NCBI GenBank assembly: GCA_027317865.1 | Contig: DAHVQG010000011.1 | Coordinates: 1 to 64,000, forward strand | From: Bdellovibrionales bacterium | Lineage (GTDB): Bacteria > Bdellovibrionota > Bdellovibrionia > Bdellovibrionales > UBA1609 | Length of the DNA: 64,000 nt | Direction: 5' to 3' | Shown: in pieces, positions 59,634 through 64,000 of the stretch | Position numbering within the stretch: the stretch's first letter is position 1 | Layout: the number at the start of each line of letters is the position of its first letter | Translations under genes and position numbers: made by a program | Notes under the pieces: model-generated | The model's input: only the letters and a program-made list of their open reading frames with translations | Told to the model about the DNA's origin: nothing | Database searches by the model: none

Positions 59634-59954
59634 TCAGGCTTCGATTTTTGGCGTCACATCATCTAATTGATTGAGAATTTCGCGGCTTTGGGTTTCAACT
59701 TGATCCAACTCCCTAAACAAAGTTTGCCTTAACAACACCAACTCTTCCGCCAAATTAAGACTAGCCAATACCAACGCGTTTTGAAAAGACACCGTGACAT
59801 TGGCTCGCATCGCCTCTTCCACCTTTTGATCGACAATTTGGACAAGTTCATCCACAAACGCTGATTCATGAGATGAACGCACCTTTAATGGCAAACCAGC
59901 AACCTGAACGTTGTAGACACTACGGTTTACGCTATCAGATGCTGGAGTTGACAT
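59634..59954 (-). CDS. zapA: Cell division protein ZapA
   Basis: VQVAG..LKVRS..VDQKV..LVLASLNLAEE; typical zapA-5FCL-rny order. Confidence 0.85.
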   Translation of the reverse strand: MSTPASDSVNRSVYNVQVAGLPLKVRSSHESAFVDELVQIVDQKVEEAMRANVTVSFQNALVLASLNLAEELVLLRQTLFRELDQVETQSREILNQLDDVTPKIEA

Positions 59955-60133
59955 GCCAAAAACTCCTAAAGTTGCCTCTACTTACAAATTAAACTCAACA
60001 CTTATTGTTATCTCATTTAAGTGTGTTTGGCAATTTTACTTGGGCGTCTATTGAAAAAATCGGCCGTCTTAATTATTCTTTTTGCGCTTTGCATAATCTT
60101 GATCTATGAGCAACACACCATTTGGGGGAGATT

Positions 60134-60601
60134 ATGACAAATTTCAAATGTATTACCGTAGGAATTGTCGGCGTTCTAACGGCGGGACTGCTTTTCGCCC
60201 AAATCAGTTGGGCCTGTACGCCGTGGCGGGAGCGCTCCAGTGAATGTATTTACGGCGGCTCCCACAGTGGTACGCTTTGGACTCGTAAATGCCCGTCTAC
60301 TGTTTGTCACCGCGATGGCCACTTCATTACCAATATACCTTGCGACAACGAAACAATTTGCATGCCTGAAAGTCAAATGGACGGCCCGACGATGCCGGGA
60401 ACTGACGATCAACTCCCCGTTCATGTCAATCCGAACAACCTCACCACTGTTTGCCAAAAATGGTATCCGCTTACGGGCGATGATTCGCAAATGGATGGTT
60501 GTTCCGAAAACCAGCATGAATGGCGGCGCGTTTGCCAAAAATATGATCCCGTCGATTATCCGACACAGACGTGTTCGGCCAGCTACCCGGGCGACAACTA
60601 A
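60134..60601 (+). CDS. Small secreted Cys/Trp-rich protein
   Basis: RBS GGGGGAG; signal peptide; 10 Cys in the mature region. Confidence 0.7.
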   Translation: MTNFKCITVGIVGVLTAGLLFAQISWACTPWRERSSECIYGGSHSGTLWTRKCPSTVCHRDGHFITNIPCDNETICMPESQMDGPTMPGTDDQLPVHVNPNNLTTVCQKWYPLTGDDSQMDGCSENQHEWRRVCQKYDPVDYPTQTCSASYPGDN

Positions 60602-60619
60602 AGCTTGATTGAAAAAATG

Positions 60620-62065
60620 CTAATCCCAGACCAGCCGGTTTAAAAGCTCGGCACACGAGCGCCAAAACGCCTTTTTCGGTTTCGCCGTTGTCGGCAACGT
60701 ATTGAGCGGCGCCCCTTGAAACGGTGACTCCACGATTTCCATTTCTTCTGGTGTCAACTCCTCAAATCGATGGATTCGTTTTTGGCGCGCAATTTCCGCC
60801 TCACATAGCAGCCGATAAGTAAGTGAATTTGACATCGTCTGTTTCGGCGGCTTGATTGCGCTCAAATAAAATTCGATTTTGCGGCGCAAGCTCAGATCAA
60901 GCGGGGATCCGGCCGAAATTCCCGCCACGATTTTGTTATACCCTAACGCCAGTTCGCTACTTTTTGCCCTTACGTTTAAATCGACGGCTTGTAAAATCAA
61001 ACGGCTCACCAAATCGATCTTATCTTGTGCCACCTGATTCTGCACTTCAACTATTTGCCGTACGAAATCAAACAATTTTTGCCTTAGCGGAAAGGACGCC
61101 GTTCGGTATTTAAAACTTGTGATTAACAGCTTTAGTTGCTGATCGGCGACCGGTAAAATCTCACCGGGTGGCACCCCCGCATCTAGCGCCTTTTGACAAA
61201 TTTCAAGCCACTGATCAATTGTATAACCGTTGCGACGTCGCGAATCCATAGCGGCAGCGATCAGTCGGTCATGATTATTCAAAGCCGGCGAAAAAAACGC
61301 CCTTGCGAACTCTTCTATTTCACAAGGCCTATTGGCACAATCCGCATGCCCGCTCACCTGCCGTTTTACTATAAGACGCGGAAACAAATTTAAATCCAAG
61401 ACTTTGGTAATTAATTGGTCGATCCTCTGAACAGCCGGCACAGATAGTCCCGTTAAATCCAGATTCATCGGCACAGAACCTTCACCGGCCAGAACACTCA
61501 ATTGAGAAAATGCCAAATTGACAAGTTCGACAAATTTTTGCAATTCAACAAAATTAGCCGGATTAGCTAATGTTTTACGAAAGCGCTTATACGCGTATTC
61601 TTCCATCATTTGCTCATACGCGCCGCCATCAATCGAATATAGCTTCAACCTGTTTGTCATAAGAATGGCTAAAAACTGCGCGGGTGAAAGTTCATCAAAG
61701 ATTTTTGGCGTGTCTCGCAATTGCTCTAAAGTTATTTCGACCGGCAACGCGGACGGGATACTGTTGAGTTCATCCTGCACGAATTTCAAATTTTCAGGAA
61801 GTACAATATCCTCCGGGTTGTCGTGTAACCAGTCGGTACTTCGAAAATGAATCGCCAAATCGGCAGATGAGTCGTCCGCAACGGGTTCAACGGTTAGATT
61901 TAAATTATGAGCATTGTCTTCAAAAAGTGAGTGACCAAAACAAGGCATCGGCATTGCCTGTAAAAGCAAAAAACACACTGAAAAAATGAACAAACGCCAG
62001 GACATGAGCGCCCCAAAACTTTTCTTTAAAACGGCCTGCCTATTTTGTAGCAATTGGCGTTCCAA
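60620..62065 (-). CDS. Hypothetical exported protein
   Basis: 481-codon ORF with a signal-like segment; start uncertain. Confidence 0.6.
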   Translation of the reverse strand: MERQLLQNRQAVLKKSFGALMSWRLFIFSVCFLLLQAMPMPCFGHSLFEDNAHNLNLTVEPVADDSSADLAIHFRSTDWLHDNPEDIVLPENLKFVQDELNSIPSALPVEITLEQLRDTPKIFDELSPAQFLAILMTNRLKLYSIDGGAYEQMMEEYAYKRFRKTLANPANFVELQKFVELVNLAFSQLSVLAGEGSVPMNLDLTGLSVPAVQRIDQLITKVLDLNLFPRLIVKRQVSGHADCANRPCEIEEFARAFFSPALNNHDRLIAAAMDSRRRNGYTIDQWLEICQKALDAGVPPGEILPVADQQLKLLITSFKYRTASFPLRQKLFDFVRQIVEVQNQVAQDKIDLVSRLILQAVDLNVRAKSSELALGYNKIVAGISAGSPLDLSLRRKIEFYLSAIKPPKQTMSNSLTYRLLCEAEIARQKRIHRFEELTPEEMEIVESPFQGAPLNTLPTTAKPKKAFWRSCAELLNRLVWD

Positions 62066-62167
62066 TTGTTCAACTGAACGCCCGTTTAACTACGCGAGTG
62101 GCGTGTCATATCAAGTAAAACAATACGGTGAATTTTACAATTTTAACGCCGCGAAGGGGCCCGCATG

Positions 62168-63772
62168 TTAGCGCTCCCGTAAAAACGTGTAGACGTGAGC
62201 TGAAAACAGTCCAACAATACGGCGATAGTCGCTTAGGACGTCAAGGTGAATGGAACTTGTGTTGATGGTTTCTTTACGGCCGGCTGCCATACGTTCAATG
62301 TGCGTCTCGCGCAGCATTCGCTCCATTTTTCTGATGACACGTTTTTTGAAAACGACTTTTGCGGCAAGATCCTTACTTTGCAATTGGAAGCAGCTTACCG
62401 ACAACTCCGCGACTTCGACAACGGCGGCGTGTAGGGTCTCAAGCTCCTTCCAACCTTCTATGCTGAATACCAACTTCAAAGCATGCTTCTTTTCGGCCAG
62501 TTCAATGAGGGAGTTATCCACCACATCCGCGGCACTTTCGAGATCGGAAGCATAGCTGAACAGCCGCACCATTTGACGATGCAATTCGCTGTCGTCGGTG
62601 CGCATATATTTAGTAAGAAAAAGACTGATCTCTCGGTTTAGAAGATCGACTCGGTTGTCGCGCGCACGCAAATCGCTAATCAGATCGGGATTTTCATCGT
62701 GCAAAATCGATAGCGAATCTTTGATCATCGTGATCACGATATCAGCCATGCGTAAACATTCGCGCTCGGCGTGAGCCAACACGACGCTTGGCGATTCGAA
62801 AGTTGCACGGTCTAAATATTTAACAGAAAATTCGCGCTCATTGGGCTTCGGCGGCACAAGTTTTTGTACAATACTCGCTCCACTGCGAATAAACGGAAAA
62901 AATACGATGGCCGCACAAACGTTGAACAGTAAATGAGCGTCGGCGACTTGCCTTGCGGGAGAGCCAAAACTGACCAATCGCGCCGCATAGGGCGTTAAAA
63001 AATAAAAAATCGCGACCATAAGCACTTTGTGCAAACAATGCGCCCAGGCCACCTGTCTACCTGTTGCATTACTTTCAACAGATGCCAAAAGTGCCGTCGC
63101 CGTCGTGCCGATATTAGCTCCATACACCCAATAAAATGCATCGGTAATGTGAATTAGCCCGGCCGAAGCCATCGTCATCGCAATACCGATGACCACCGCA
63201 CTACTGCGAATCATTGCCGTGAAAATCGCAATCACCACCACCGTAGCGAGCGGGTTCGAATGAAAATACGAGAGCGTTTCGGGGAACAGCGCGGCGCTTT
63301 TAATCGCCTGACTGCCAATGCCAATGACTTCTAAACCAAAAAACATTAGGCCAAAACCCATCACAACTTGCGCCACCCGGTTGAGAACGCGCTTATGAGT
63401 GAGAAATTGAATGGTAAATGCGATGCCGAATATGGGCAGGCCCAATGTGGCGACATTTAAGCTCAACAATTGAGTGGTGACGGTAGTGCCAATACCGGTG
63501 CCGAGAATAATACCCATCACTTGTTCGAGCGAAACAACGCCTGCAGTACCAAGTCCCACCAGAGTCGATGTCACGGCTCCCGAACTTTGCACGAGGATCG
63601 TGATTACGATGCCTGACAAAACAGCCAAAAATGGACGATTCGAAAGTTTTGCCATCATGTCCCGAATACGATTTGCGGCGAGGTTCTGCAAATTTTCGCT
63701 CACAATTTTCATCCCGAGCAAAAAAAGCGCAGTGCCGCCAACGAGATAAACAAAGATGGAGTGCGACTCCAT
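62168..63772 (-). CDS. Na/Pi cotransporter family protein with PhoU-like domains
   Basis: VQSSGA, GTGIGTT, GANIGTT, SIHLDVLSD. Confidence 0.92.
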   Translation of the reverse strand: MESHSIFVYLVGGTALFLLGMKIVSENLQNLAANRIRDMMAKLSNRPFLAVLSGIVITILVQSSGAVTSTLVGLGTAGVVSLEQVMGIILGTGIGTTVTTQLLSLNVATLGLPIFGIAFTIQFLTHKRVLNRVAQVVMGFGLMFFGLEVIGIGSQAIKSAALFPETLSYFHSNPLATVVVIAIFTAMIRSSAVVIGIAMTMASAGLIHITDAFYWVYGANIGTTATALLASVESNATGRQVAWAHCLHKVLMVAIFYFLTPYAARLVSFGSPARQVADAHLLFNVCAAIVFFPFIRSGASIVQKLVPPKPNEREFSVKYLDRATFESPSVVLAHAERECLRMADIVITMIKDSLSILHDENPDLISDLRARDNRVDLLNREISLFLTKYMRTDDSELHRQMVRLFSYASDLESAADVVDNSLIELAEKKHALKLVFSIEGWKELETLHAAVVEVAELSVSCFQLQSKDLAAKVVFKKRVIRKMERMLRETHIERMAAGRKETINTSSIHLDVLSDYRRIVGLFSAHVYTFLRER

Positions 63773-63794
63773 TATAGATATGTCCGGATGAGCA

Positions 63795-64000
63795 TTATAA
63801 AACCGCCTCAACAAATTCGGTTACAGAGAATGGACGCAAGTCTTCGACGGCTTCGCCGATCCCAACATGAGTGACCGGCACGCCCAGTTCGCCCGCAATG
63901 CCGATTACAATACCGCCTTTAGCGCTGCCATCCATCTTGGTTACGATAACCCCGGTTAATTCAAGTGCCGAGTTGAATTCACGAGCTTGCATCAACGCAT
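63795..64000 (-). CDS. ftsY: SRP receptor FtsY, C-terminal fragment (truncated by the window)
   Basis: TKMDGSAKGG, IGIGEAVEDLRPF. Confidence 0.92.
   Translation of the reverse strand, partial: ALMQAREFNSALELTGVIVTKMDGSAKGGIVIGIAGELGVPVTHVGIGEAVEDLRPFSVTEFVEAVL

Overview
A ~47% GC bacterial chromosome segment, mostly on the minus strand, cut inside a heptad-repeat coiled-coil gene at the left end and inside ftsY at the right end. Gene content and order (zapA-5FCL-rny-tyrS, M50-scpA-scpB with an acidic ScpB tail, FecR-domain and DUF2799 proteins, many secreted hypotheticals) suggest a Bdellovibrionota-like organism; this is an inference, not a database result. Housekeeping genes include prfC, psd, scpAB, rsmI, queF, speE, iscS, iscA, tyrS, rny, zapA, ftsY and a tRNA-Arg(UCG). 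Accessory modules: a URC-type uracil catabolism cluster (URC1-URC4-upp-udk), an HTTM/SdpAB-like gene pair, a DabAB inorganic-carbon transporter and a eukaryote-type AdoMet decarboxylase. The best candidate for an undescribed system is a co-oriented secreted/envelope cluster at ~21.9-33.8 kb: a possible Tgl-like transglutaminase, two tandem Thr/Gly-repeat lipoproteins sharing a ~520-bp near-identical 3' block, a 1111-aa protein coupled to an S8 protease, and a FecR-domain protein. Also notable: an M3 peptidase lacking its HEXXH motif, an RNase Y with degenerate metal ligands, and a structured intergenic element upstream of queF. No CRISPR array, rRNA, integrase or transposase was recognised. 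All family calls come from motif recognition by eye and need HMM confirmation.
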